A stretch of DNA of 64,000 nt from an uncultured Candidatus Binatia bacterium (lineage in GTDB: Bacteria; Desulfobacterota; Binatia; UBA9968; JAJDTQ01): positions 1,728,001-1,792,000 of the forward strand of contig OZ219754.1 in NCBI GenBank assembly GCA_964291295.2, in the 5' to 3' direction. Positions 47,392-56,323 of this stretch are shown piece by piece. The notes beneath the pieces are model-generated. The model made no database searches. It saw nothing but the letters and a program-made list of their open reading frames with translations, and was not told the DNA's origin. Every line of letters begins with the position of its first letter. Positions within the stretch are counted from its first letter, which is position 1. The position numbers were made by a program, and so were the translations under genes.

Positions 47392-48765
47392 ATGTCGGAT
47401 ATGTGTTTCTCCAGCATCGACAGCATGGCCCCGCGCCTGCGCACCGGCCAAGTCTCTCCGGTGGAACTGACCCGGGCCTGCCTCGACCGGATCCATGCCC
47501 TGGACGGCGATCTGCATGCCTATGTGAACCTCATGGAGAAAAGCGCCCTGGAGGAAGCCGGCAGGGCGGAACAGGAGATCCGGAACGGCCGCTACCGTGG
47601 TCCGCTGCACGGCATCCCGGTGGCCGTCAAGGACCAGTACGACGTCGAGGGCGCGCTCTCGATGGTGCGCATCCCCCAGCCCCCGCCGCCGGGCGAGGAC
47701 TGCACCGCGGTCCGCCGCCTGCGCGAGGCCGGGGCGGTGATGCTCGGCAAGCTCAACATGAGCGGTCTTCCCGCCGGCATCAAGGGCGCCCGGAATCCCT
47801 GGAATCGCGACCACGTGCCCGGAGGGTCCAGTACCGGCTCCGGTGCCGGCATCGCGGCCGGGCTGTGCATGGGTTCGTTGGGCGAGGACACCGCGGGATC
47901 CATCCGCAACCCTGCCTCCTTCTGCGGCATTGCCGGCCTGAAGCCCACCTATGGACGGGTCAGCCGGTTCGGTCTGGCGCCGCTGGGCTGGTCGCTGGAC
48001 ACGGCGGGGCCCATGACCCGGGTGGTGGAAGACCTCGCGCACATGCTTCAGGTGCTGGCCGGGTTCGATCCCGGGGATCCCACCTCGAGTCCGGTGGAGG
48101 TGTCCGACTACACCGCGGACCTCCGGGCCGGGGTTTCGGGCATGGTCATCGGCGTGCCGCGGGACTACTTCGGCCTCATCGACACCGACCCCGAAATCCT
48201 GGACCTCCTGGACCGGGCGCTGGCGGCGTTGGAGTCCCTTGGCGCCAGGGTCCGGGACGTGACGGTGCCGAGCATGGAGTACGCCACCATCGCCAACGGC
48301 CTCATCTACTCCTGCGAGTTCTACAACATCTGTCGGGCCGACCTGGGTGCGGCCATGGCCGGGGAGGCCTCGGAGTCCCGCCGGGCGCGTCTGTTCATGG
48401 GCGCGGCGGCCACCGCCGGTGACTACATCCAGGCCCAGCGGATGCGGAGCCGGCTCAGGCGGGAGCTGAACGAGGTGTTCCGCGAGGTCCACGTCATGGC
48501 CCTGCCCACGAATCCGACCACCGCACCGCTGGCCAGCGAGGTGGACGGGCTGGACGCCGTGAACAAGATGCTGCGCCCGGACTATCCCTCGCCGGCCAAT
48601 CTGGCGGGCATACCGGCGCTGGCCGTTCCGTCCGGCTTCAGCGCCAGCGGCCTGCCGGCGGGGATGCAGTTCTGGGGCCGGGCCTTTGCCGAGTCCACGC
48701 TGCTGCGCGTGGGCTACGCCTGGCAGCAGCACGCCCGCTGGTACGAGCACCGGCCGCCGGAGTAG
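47392..48765 (+). CDS. Amidase signature family protein
   Basis: GPLHGIPVAVKD, PGGSSTGSG, GEDTAGSIRNPA, GLKPTYGRVS. Confidence 0.92.
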   Translation: MSDMCFSSIDSMAPRLRTGQVSPVELTRACLDRIHALDGDLHAYVNLMEKSALEEAGRAEQEIRNGRYRGPLHGIPVAVKDQYDVEGALSMVRIPQPPPPGEDCTAVRRLREAGAVMLGKLNMSGLPAGIKGARNPWNRDHVPGGSSTGSGAGIAAGLCMGSLGEDTAGSIRNPASFCGIAGLKPTYGRVSRFGLAPLGWSLDTAGPMTRVVEDLAHMLQVLAGFDPGDPTSSPVEVSDYTADLRAGVSGMVIGVPRDYFGLIDTDPEILDLLDRALAALESLGARVRDVTVPSMEYATIANGLIYSCEFYNICRADLGAAMAGEASESRRARLFMGAAATAGDYIQAQRMRSRLRRELNEVFREVHVMALPTNPTTAPLASEVDGLDAVNKMLRPDYPSPANLAGIPALAVPSGFSASGLPAGMQFWGRAFAESTLLRVGYAWQQHARWYEHRPPE

Positions 48766-48872
48766 GGGCGAATGTCGAACCGCCCGCGGCCCCGGACGGG
48801 CCACGGGGGGCAGGGAAACCGCCAGCCCCACCATCGACGTCGATAATGGGCGGGCAAGCTTGGCTGATCGGC

Positions 48873-49281
48873 TCAGCTGTCGATGTCGCGGCCACGCCAA
48901 CTGGCTTCATCCGCCAGTTCCTGCGCATGGCGCTTCTGTTCGTCGCGGTCCTCGACGGCAAGGCCGGGTAGAACGATATCGGCGTGGCAGGGGTTGCGGT
49001 GATGCGGTGACCTGACGGCCGTTCGAGGCGGCCCTGTCCACCTTGACCACGGCCCAGCCATAGAACGTTCCGTTTCGTTTGATTGCCACCCTGCCCGCTA
49101 TCTCGACGGCCTCTCTCGGCGAGACGCAATCGAGGCGATCCACCGAAAGCCGGGGCTCACCCTGCTTCTCCAGAAAGATGTGGAGCAGGATTCTGCCGCG
49201 GCCAGCTCGCCGGGCCTGGCTTTGGGAAAATACGTCCCTGCCGAGGTTTTCATCCGGCCCGATATCGCCCGTGGTCGTCAC
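48873..49281 (-). pseudogene. Frameshifted hypothetical protein, candidate ADP-ribosyltransferase-like toxin
   Basis: Frame 1 ENLGRDVF...LSVDRL...FYGWA...VTASPQ continues in a second frame as NPCHADIVLP...QKRHAQELA to TGA at 48873. Confidence 0.6.
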
Positions 49282-49946
49282 GCAGCCAGTTCGTCCCGCC
49301 GCGCCAGCTCATCCAGTGCCTCTCGAACGAAGCCGTCGGGCAGCGCCCCCGTATCCGAATAGCGCGCGCGTCTGTGCCTGCCGTCCATGTTGACCAGGCA
49401 CAGTGCGCCGCCATCGGAGTCGCAAAGCAGCAGGACGGAGCGTCCGCACCGGCCCGGAGCGTCGATGGCGACCTCGCCGTCCGGCGTCGGGTAGATCTCG
49501 AAACGCCGGGGCGAAAGCTTGTACATGGCCAGCAACAACCGCCGGGCGTTGGTCAGCGCGAGATCCGAGGGGTCCGGGAATGCCTCGTCCCGCGCCTCGG
49601 CCACCGCCTCGTCCAGATCGCTCAGCGCGTCCCTCAAATCGGCATTCCGACCAACGGCGGTCTCCATGAATTCGATGATCCTGGGGGAAAATGTGCCCGA
49701 ACTTGACGTGCCCGCGGGTTCGAATGCGCTATTGGCTGTGGGATCGATGAGCATTGCCCCCCACAGCTTTTCACTCATTTCGGGTCGCCGAAGCATTTCG
49801 GCGAGGAGGTCAAGATACTCGTCAGCGCGCTCCGGAACGTTTTCGGGCCGGACGGGGAGAGCAAGGGAATCCAGGGTGAAGGAACTGGTTTCGGCCTCCG
49901 CTGTTCCGGCCACCGACGTCGTCGCTGACGGGTTCGCTGCATTCAT
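49278..49946 (-). CDS. Hypothetical protein (candidate antitoxin)
   Basis: Low-complexity S/T/A-rich N-terminus, then PSDLALTNARRLL...IYPTPDGEVAID domain; 4-bp overlaps on both sides. Confidence 0.75.
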   Translation of the reverse strand: MNAANPSATTSVAGTAEAETSSFTLDSLALPVRPENVPERADEYLDLLAEMLRRPEMSEKLWGAMLIDPTANSAFEPAGTSSSGTFSPRIIEFMETAVGRNADLRDALSDLDEAVAEARDEAFPDPSDLALTNARRLLLAMYKLSPRRFEIYPTPDGEVAIDAPGRCGRSVLLLCDSDGGALCLVNMDGRHRRARYSDTGALPDGFVREALDELARRDELAA

Positions 49947-50653
49947 CGGGACATCCCCTTTGTGTGGAATTTTGCCACGAGATCATTGAAATCGGAAAGG
50001 TCGTTCTTCCAGCCGCCAAGAATGGCCGATGCCCTCTCCAAACGTTGTTGCTGACTCTCCTCCGTGATGTCTCGATGAATATTGGCCTGAAACAACATTC
50101 CCTGGCCTGCAACACGGCCATCTCTCGTGGCGCTGACGCCGCCAACATCCAAGGTGATTCTTCTGGTTTCATAACCGTATACGGCTTTCAGATGAACATT
50201 CGGTTGCACATCCCTGAACGACATCCATTCGCCGCCTCCCAGCAAGGTATGCGCCACGCCGTATCCCGACTTGTCTTTTTGTGTCCTGAAGCTCTTGGCA
50301 TTGATTCCGATGGCGATGTAAGGAATATGTGAGACCGCCTGCGCGAACCGTCCCGCAATTTCCGGCACCACGCACTCGCCTTCATTGAGCGGCTGACCCT
50401 TCTGTTCAAACACGAACCGGTTATGCTCGGCTCTGACCTCGATACCGCCTTCGAACACCACTTGGGAGAACACGGGCGTCGTCACGGGTGACTGGCCTGG
50501 TTTCAGAGTCTTGTCCACTATGCCGTTGTAACGCAGGAAATCCGGGTTGAGGATCGAAGGGTCGTTCTGCGTGGTGACGAGCACGACGGACAACTCCACG
50601 AGTCCGATCCCGGTGTCGATCCCGCTTTCTGCCGCTCGTGAGCCTTGCGCCAT
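49943..50653 (-). CDS. Hypothetical protein, TIGR04255-like
   Basis: SVVLV...DPSILNPDFL, HIPYIAIGIN, FQANIH motifs; lower GC; GAAGGGG RBS. Family call from memory of motif pattern. Confidence 0.65.
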   Translation of the reverse strand: MAQGSRAAESGIDTGIGLVELSVVLVTTQNDPSILNPDFLRYNGIVDKTLKPGQSPVTTPVFSQVVFEGGIEVRAEHNRFVFEQKGQPLNEGECVVPEIAGRFAQAVSHIPYIAIGINAKSFRTQKDKSGYGVAHTLLGGGEWMSFRDVQPNVHLKAVYGYETRRITLDVGGVSATRDGRVAGQGMLFQANIHRDITEESQQQRLERASAILGGWKNDLSDFNDLVAKFHTKGMSR

Positions 50654-50870
50654 CGCCGCACCCCTTCAATGCCAGTTGCTGCGGTCCGCCGGGATTTCCA
50701 GTCTCGACGGTGCCGTATCCCGCCAGGAAACATAGAGGAGTTTCGACAACGCGGCAATCCCCTGCAGGACTGTCCCGCGCTGCGAGATTGCGGAAGCTCG
50801 AGGCCGGGTGTGCGGAGCAGACAGGAGACGGTGGCGGTGTCGGTGTCGGCGTGGACCGAGCGCAGCCGGT

Positions 50871-50972
50871 GCGTGGGGTGTGACGGTAAAACTCCGAACG
50901 GAGTCGAGATCGGGCAAGGCTGCTCTGCACACCACCATCGCCTGAAACGCCGGCATCACAAGGGAATGGAGC
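50871..50972 (+). repeat. 102-bp dispersed direct repeat, copy 1 (possible mobile-element end)
   Basis: GCGTGGGGTGTGACGGTAAAACTCCGAACGGAGT...CTGAAACGCCGGCATCACAAGGGAATGGAGC; about 15 mismatches and no indels versus 53087-53188. Confidence 0.85.
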
Positions 50973-51554
50973 GGTCGCGGCGATTGAGCGAGACGACCGG
51001 TCCGCAATCTTCGAGCGCGTTCCGCCTTGTCGTCCGATCACAGAGGTAACAGAACGCGGCGCGGAGTGCAAACGGCCGGCGGCAGTCTTCACACATGGCG
51101 CATCGGAGCCGGTGGACACCGCGCGCATGTTACCGCGGCGCAAGCGTGTGACAACCGACGCGCCGAAGGGCGTTCCAATCGCGCTTCCTGACCGCTCTAC
51201 CCGTCGGGCGCTGCAAGCCGTTGTGTCATCGGCATTCAGCGCGAGCGGCTCTTGAGCGACAGCGCCCGCCGCGCACTTGCGGAAACAGTCCTGCGAACCG
51301 CCGCGCGGCTTCCGAGCGGCACTATAGGAAGCATGAGGGAACGATGCAATGCGCGAAGTCCCGTTCAGCGGCGGCGTCATTCGCCCGGCCCGTACCGTTG
51401 GCGATTGTGCGGGCCGAGACGCTTCCGCCGATGAACATGGGTTCCCGCGGATCATCGTCGGGAGGTGCTCCCGTTACCGCTCCGCAGCATTGCCGCTGAA
51501 CGCGGCGACACGGCGGACGCTTGCGGCGCGTAGCGTGGCGCGCCATAGTCAATC

Positions 51555-51827
51555 ATGAAGATCAGGCACAAGGGACTGCGGGCGCTGCACGAGCGGGACA
51601 ATCCGGCACGGGTGCCTGCTACTCTCGCGCCACGGCTGAAGCGCATCCTGTTTCGGCTGCAAGAGGCAACGCATCCGGGCAGCGCCGATGCGCCGGGCTT
51701 CCGGTTGCATCCCCTGAAGGGCGCCCGCGCGGGCCAGTGGAGCGTCCGCGTCTCGGGCAACTGGCGCGTGGTGTTCCGCTTCGAGGACGGCGAGGCCGTG
51801 GATGTGGACCTGATCGACTATCACTGA
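51555..51827 (+). CDS. higB: HigB/RelE-family toxin (plasmid maintenance system killer type)
   Basis: IRHKGLRAL, PGFRLHPLKG, WSVRVSGNWRVVFRF, VDLIDYH. Confidence 0.9.
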   Translation: MKIRHKGLRALHERDNPARVPATLAPRLKRILFRLQEATHPGSADAPGFRLHPLKGARAGQWSVRVSGNWRVVFRFEDGEAVDVDLIDYH

Positions 51828-51844
51828 CCGGAGGGAGTGTGACC

Positions 51845-52159
51845 ATGAACGATATTGCAGGAGATCGCGTCGGCCCGATGCTGAACCCGCCGCACCTGGG
51901 CGAACTCATCCGCGAGAGTATGGACGATGTGGGCTGGAACGTGACCGGTACCGCGGCTCGGCTCGGCTGCGAGCGGGGAACGCTGTCGCGCTTGCTGAAC
52001 GGCAAGGCGGGGGTGTCGGCCAACATGGCGCTGGCGCTGGAGGATATCGGCTGGGGAACCGCCGAACACTGGATGCGGATGCAGGCGAGCTACGAGCTTG
52101 CACAGGCGCGCCGGGACCGGGTTGCCGCCGGACGGCGTGCGGGTGCGCTGCGCGCATGA
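51845..52159 (+). CDS. higA: HigA-family HTH antitoxin
   Basis: NPPHLGELIRE, TLSRLLNGKAGVSANMALAL, WMRMQASYEL. Confidence 0.9.
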   Translation: MNDIAGDRVGPMLNPPHLGELIRESMDDVGWNVTGTAARLGCERGTLSRLLNGKAGVSANMALALEDIGWGTAEHWMRMQASYELAQARRDRVAAGRRAGALRA

Positions 52160-52206
52160 CCGGGGCGCCCGCCGTCGGCACGGTCGGGTCTGATCGGGTC
52201 TGACTG

Positions 52207-52947
52207 ATGCGGCTGTCGTGGAACGAGGTTCGCACCCGCGCCGCCTCCTTCGCCGAGGACTGGAAGGATGCCGCCTACGAGAAGGGGGAGACGCAGAGCT
52301 TCTACAACGAGTTCTTCGAGTTCTTCGAGTTCTTCGGGAAGCGCCGTCGTGAGGTTGCCCGCTACGAGCAACACGTCTCCAAGCTCGACAATCGCTCCGG
52401 GTTCATCGACCTGTTCTGGCCGGGCGTGCTGATCGTCGAGCAGAAGAGCGCCGGGCGCGATCTGACGGCAGCACTCGAACAGGCCGGGGAGTATTTCGAC
52501 GCGCTGCCGGAACGCGAACGCCCGCGCTTCATCCTCGTGAGCGACTTCCAGACCTTCGAGCTTCACGATCTCGACGAGGGGGAGACCGTTGCTTTCCCGC
52601 TCGCCGACCTGCCCGCGCATGTCGAGTCGTTCGGCTTCATCCTCGGGGTGCAGCGCCGGACTTTCCGCGACCAGGACCCGGCGAACATCAAGGCGGCCGA
52701 GCTGGTCGGGCGGCTGCACGACGCGCTCGCCGATGCCGGACACCGGGGCCACGATCTTGAACGCTTTCTTGTGCGTGTCGTCTTCTGCATGTTCGCCGAC
52801 GACACCGGGGTGTTCGAGCCGCGCGACATCTTCCTCGACTTCATCGACACGCGCACCGGCGAGGACGGGGCCGATCTCGGACCGTGGCTCGCGCAACTGT
52901 TCGAGGTGCTCGATACGCCGGAGGACGAGCGCGCGGCTGAGCGGTAA
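52207..52947 (+). pseudogene. Truncated MmeI-family (type IIL/IIG) restriction-modification enzyme, N-terminal part only
   Basis: LSWNEVRTRA, EKGETQSF, GFIDLFWPGVLIVEQKS, SDFQTF, RVVFCMFADDTG; stops at 246 aa, before the methyltransferase domain. Confidence 0.85.
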
Positions 52948-53086
52948 TGCAGGAAGCAGCCGCGGCGGCGTTTCGTCGGGGAGCCGCGCGGCGGTGCGGG
53001 AGAAGCCGACCCGCAACCCCATGGAGTTGCGGGTGTTTCCTCCGGTTCACACACGGGCGGGCGCTTGCGGGATTTGCGCCCTTGGC

Positions 53087-53188
53087 GCGTGGGGTGTGAC
53101 GATAAAACTCCGAATGGAGTCGAAATCGGGCGAAGTTGCCGTGCATTTCACCACCGGCTGAAACGCCGGCTTCACAAGGGAGTGGAGC
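53087..53188 (+). repeat. 102-bp dispersed direct repeat, copy 2
   Basis: About 85% identical to 50871-50972 by manual alignment. Confidence 0.85.
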
Positions 53189-53499
53189 CGCGCGGGTGTG
53201 GTGGCGATTGCACAGGCCTTGCGGTCGGAGGCGGCGACGGCAGCACCTGTACGGCTGCGGACGGCAGTGCGGATGCCGGTGAACGGCGAAGCGGTCCCTG
53301 GCGGCGGCCTGCTCACGGTCCGGCCCTGTCTCTCCGCGGCGCGAGACGGTTCCGGGGCGGTGATTGGCGGAGACCGCCTTGACGGCTATACGGATACCGG
53401 CGGGTGCAGTGTCGGTGCGGCCTCCCCGGTCAGGGTGTCACGCGCCGGTCTCTTGATTGCATCGCAGTCACTGATAGAATGCAGCCGGAGGACGGGGGC

Positions 53500-53745
53500 A
53501 TGGCGAGCATCACGATCTGCAATCTCGATGACGACGTGAAGACGCGGCTGCGTGTGCGGGCAGCGGAACACCATCGCTCGATGGAGGAAGAGGCGCGCAT
53601 CATCCTGCGCGATGCGGTGAACGACGGGCGGGCCGCGCCCCGGAACCTCGCGAAGTTTACCCGCGAGTGCTTCGCGCCGTTGGGCGGCGTCGAGCTGGAG
53701 CTTCCCACGCGGGTCGCAATGCGCGAGCCGCCCGACTTCTCCTGA
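53500..53745 (+). CDS. FitA-like ribbon-helix-helix antitoxin
   Basis: MASITICNLDDDVKTRLRVRAAEHHRSMEEEARIIL. Confidence 0.88.
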   Translation: MASITICNLDDDVKTRLRVRAAEHHRSMEEEARIILRDAVNDGRAAPRNLAKFTRECFAPLGGVELELPTRVAMREPPDFS

Positions 53746-53755
53746 GCCGCCCGGG

Positions 53756-54178
53756 ATGTATGTCATGGACACCAATGTGGCGTCCGAACTGATGCGGCCT
53801 TCACCGGTTCCCGCTGTCTCGGCGTGGATTGCCAGTCGAGACGCGGAAGAGATGTACTTGTCAGCCGTGAGCGAGGCCGAGCTTCTGTACGGCGTCGCAG
53901 TCGTGCCGGCGGGCAGACGGCGGAATGAACTTTAGGCCGCCATGCTCCGATGGCTCGCCACCGGCTTCGCGGAGCGGATTCTGCCGTTCGACAGCGTCGC
54001 GGCGCAGGATTATGCGGACATCGCGGCGGGCCGGCGTTCCGCCGGACGTCCGATCTCGCCGGCGGACTGCCCGATCGCCGCCATCGCCCGCTCGCGCGGC
54101 ATGGCGGTGGTTACCCGCAACATCCGGGACTTCGAGGATACCGGCATCAAGGTCGTCGATCCCTGGACGGCGGCATGA
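53756..54178 (+). pseudogene. FitB/VapC PIN toxin with in-frame nonsense codon
   Basis: MYVMDTNVASELMRP...AELLYG; TAG at 53933-53935 (codon 60); reading frame continues ILPFD...DCPIAAIA...VVTRNIRDF. Confidence 0.85.
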
Positions 54179-54900
54179 GCGGCACGACGGAAGCCTTCGC
54201 CCGCGTGAAGACCGATGCGCTGCTCGCGGGTGCGGTTTGGAACCTGACGGACGGCGTGAGCGTCCTGTATGGGTATGCGCTGCCGGACGGCACACCGGCT
54301 GATTAAGTGCAAGCGGTTATTCGAGGCGCGCATCGTCACCCGCGTCCTGTTCCTGGTGGACCGGATCGCCTTGGCGCGGCAGGCCGAAGACGCATTCACC
54401 GACCATCTGCGGGACTACCCCTGCCATGTGCTGCAGCACTTCGATTCCCTCCAGTTCGGCCTCACGGCGACGCCGTGGACGGCGGCGGCCGACGCCCTTC
54501 TCGATACGGAGGACGGGCGGTTCGTGCGTGATACGCTGCGCTTCATCGAATTCGCCGAACCCACCTTCCGCCACGACCTGCGCCGGGCGATCAAGGAAGG
54601 CCATCGCGTGCCCTGCCACATTCGACCGGGCGAGCCGCGAGTGGCTGACGCTCGACGAGGACGGCCGCATCGTGCGCATGCCGGCCTCAAGGCGGAACAG
54701 GCGCGCTGGGCCGGTCTGATCGGCAGCCGGGTGCGGGCCGACGCGCCGAATATGGAGAATCTCGGCGAATGGGACTTCGACGCGCATCCCTTCGCCGCCC
54801 TCGGGGGCTACGACCAAGCGCGCGGCGAAGGCGCACTGGGCCAGCTGTTCGCGGGTATCAATGCTGCGGTGTACGGACCCCGGCAGGCTCGCGGCGAGGC
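54175..54900 (+). pseudogene. Type I restriction enzyme HsdR remnant (multiple deletions)
   Basis: TEAFARVK.D..L...WNLTDGVSV...PAD, then RVLFLVDRIALARQA, FGLTATP and PFAALGG fragments in different frames; 3' limit approximate. Confidence 0.75.
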
Positions 54901-55032
54901 CGAAATCCCCCGCGCCGGGGAGGGGGTAGCGCCGTGCCCACGATTTCTTGGACAAGACCTTGACTTGACTGGGTGGGGGCACATTCGTGCCAGGGTGGTC
55001 TTGATAGGACGGCTTGCGGAAAGGAGTGAACC

Positions 55033-55409
55033 GGCGGCGATGGCCTTGATGAACTGAAGGGCGGTACAGGCGACGACATTCTGGACGGCGGCAAGGGCGG
55101 CGACACGCTCCAGGGCGGCGACGGCAACGACGTCATCCAGGGCCAGGAAGGCGACGACACGATGACGGGCGGCCAGGGTGACGACACGTTCTTCTTCGAT
55201 TCGGGAGACGGGAACGACATCATCACCGACTTCGGGAAGGTGATACGATTGATATAGCGGCCAGATCGCTGCGTGCCGAGCAGGTCGGCGGCGATGTCAT
55301 CATCCATTTCAGGGACGGCGACACCATCACCCTGTCGGGTGCGTCGGCAGACTTTCTGGTCCCCGGTGAGAACGTCATCAACGAGGCCGATTTCGACTTC
55401 ACGGGCTGA
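55033..55409 (+). pseudogene. C-terminal fragment of an RTX/hemolysin-type calcium-binding protein
   Basis: [63 protein letters not shown]; frameshift, then ...ITLSG...ADFDFTG*; no start codon. Confidence 0.8.
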
Positions 55410-56323
55410 CGCGACCGGACGCGGGCAACTCACGGTTCCCGGGCGCCCGAACTGTCTGCCAGCCAAGGGGTGCCGGGGTGGATGGCTCGGTCCCGGCGGT
55501 TGCCGGGTTGACGCCGGTGCGTCATTCGACGGCCCGTGTGAGCGGGAGTATCTGGTGGCGGCTATGGGCCAATGGTCGTTCGGGGACGCTGCAAGGACCC
55601 GGCGAATCCGGGCACGACGGGAACGGTTGCATGGCCAAGGGCGATGGCCGCGAAGGATACCTGGTTCCGGGACACGATCATCGGAGCCTCCGCCATGCGG
55701 ACCGACCTTGCGCACACGGACGCCGATGTCTGGATGACCAGCGTGGCCGATCGCAACGCTTGCCCACGGCTCCCTTGTTTCGGCGGGACACGTCGTACAT
55801 CATGGCATCCGGATCGGACACCGAAGGACAGGGTCACAACCCGTCGTCCGGGAAACGCTTCCGCATGGCTTTGCTTCCGCATGGCTTCCCGGCCCCGGGC
55901 CATCCGATGGCCCGGGGCCTTGGCTCTGGCCAAGGAGGGGGAACCGCTTTCTCTCCGGCGAGGCCGACGCACCAAGCCGTGACGACACAGGCATGTCGCC
56001 CCATGCATCGGAGTGCTCCCCGTTGCCCGGCAATGGAGGCGGTTTCTCCCTTTACTCCTGGCGCGGGCGATGACGGCGGCGGCACGTCCTCGCCGCCCCA
56101 CAAGCGGGCGAGTGTGGCCGCGTCTTCCCGGCGGGCCGCGTCGAGGGACAAATCGGGAAAACGCCTCAAGGTGTTCTTGCGCCCGCGTCCCCGGATGCGA
56201 GGGCGACCCGCGTTGCATCGGCGACCCGCGCCGCATCTGCCTTCGGGACCCGGACGATCATCGGCTTCAGGTTCTCTCGCCGCGTTCATGACAGGCAGGA
56301 TCGGGCCGGGGGGAGCGTGAGTC

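Noticed and set aside
47392-48765. gatA of the GatCAB amidotransferase
   Set aside because: No gatB follows and the sequence lacks GatA-specific segments such as DEFAMGSS; called a general amidase instead.
50871-53188. 102-bp repeats as integron attC sites
   Set aside because: No RYYYAAC...GTTRRRY boundaries or full-length palindrome are seen, they are not directly after gene stops, and there is no integrase in the window.
55430-56300. ORFs 55478-56320, 55572-55982 and 55562-56236
   Set aside because: No recognisable motifs or codon signal; they cannot be supported as genes.
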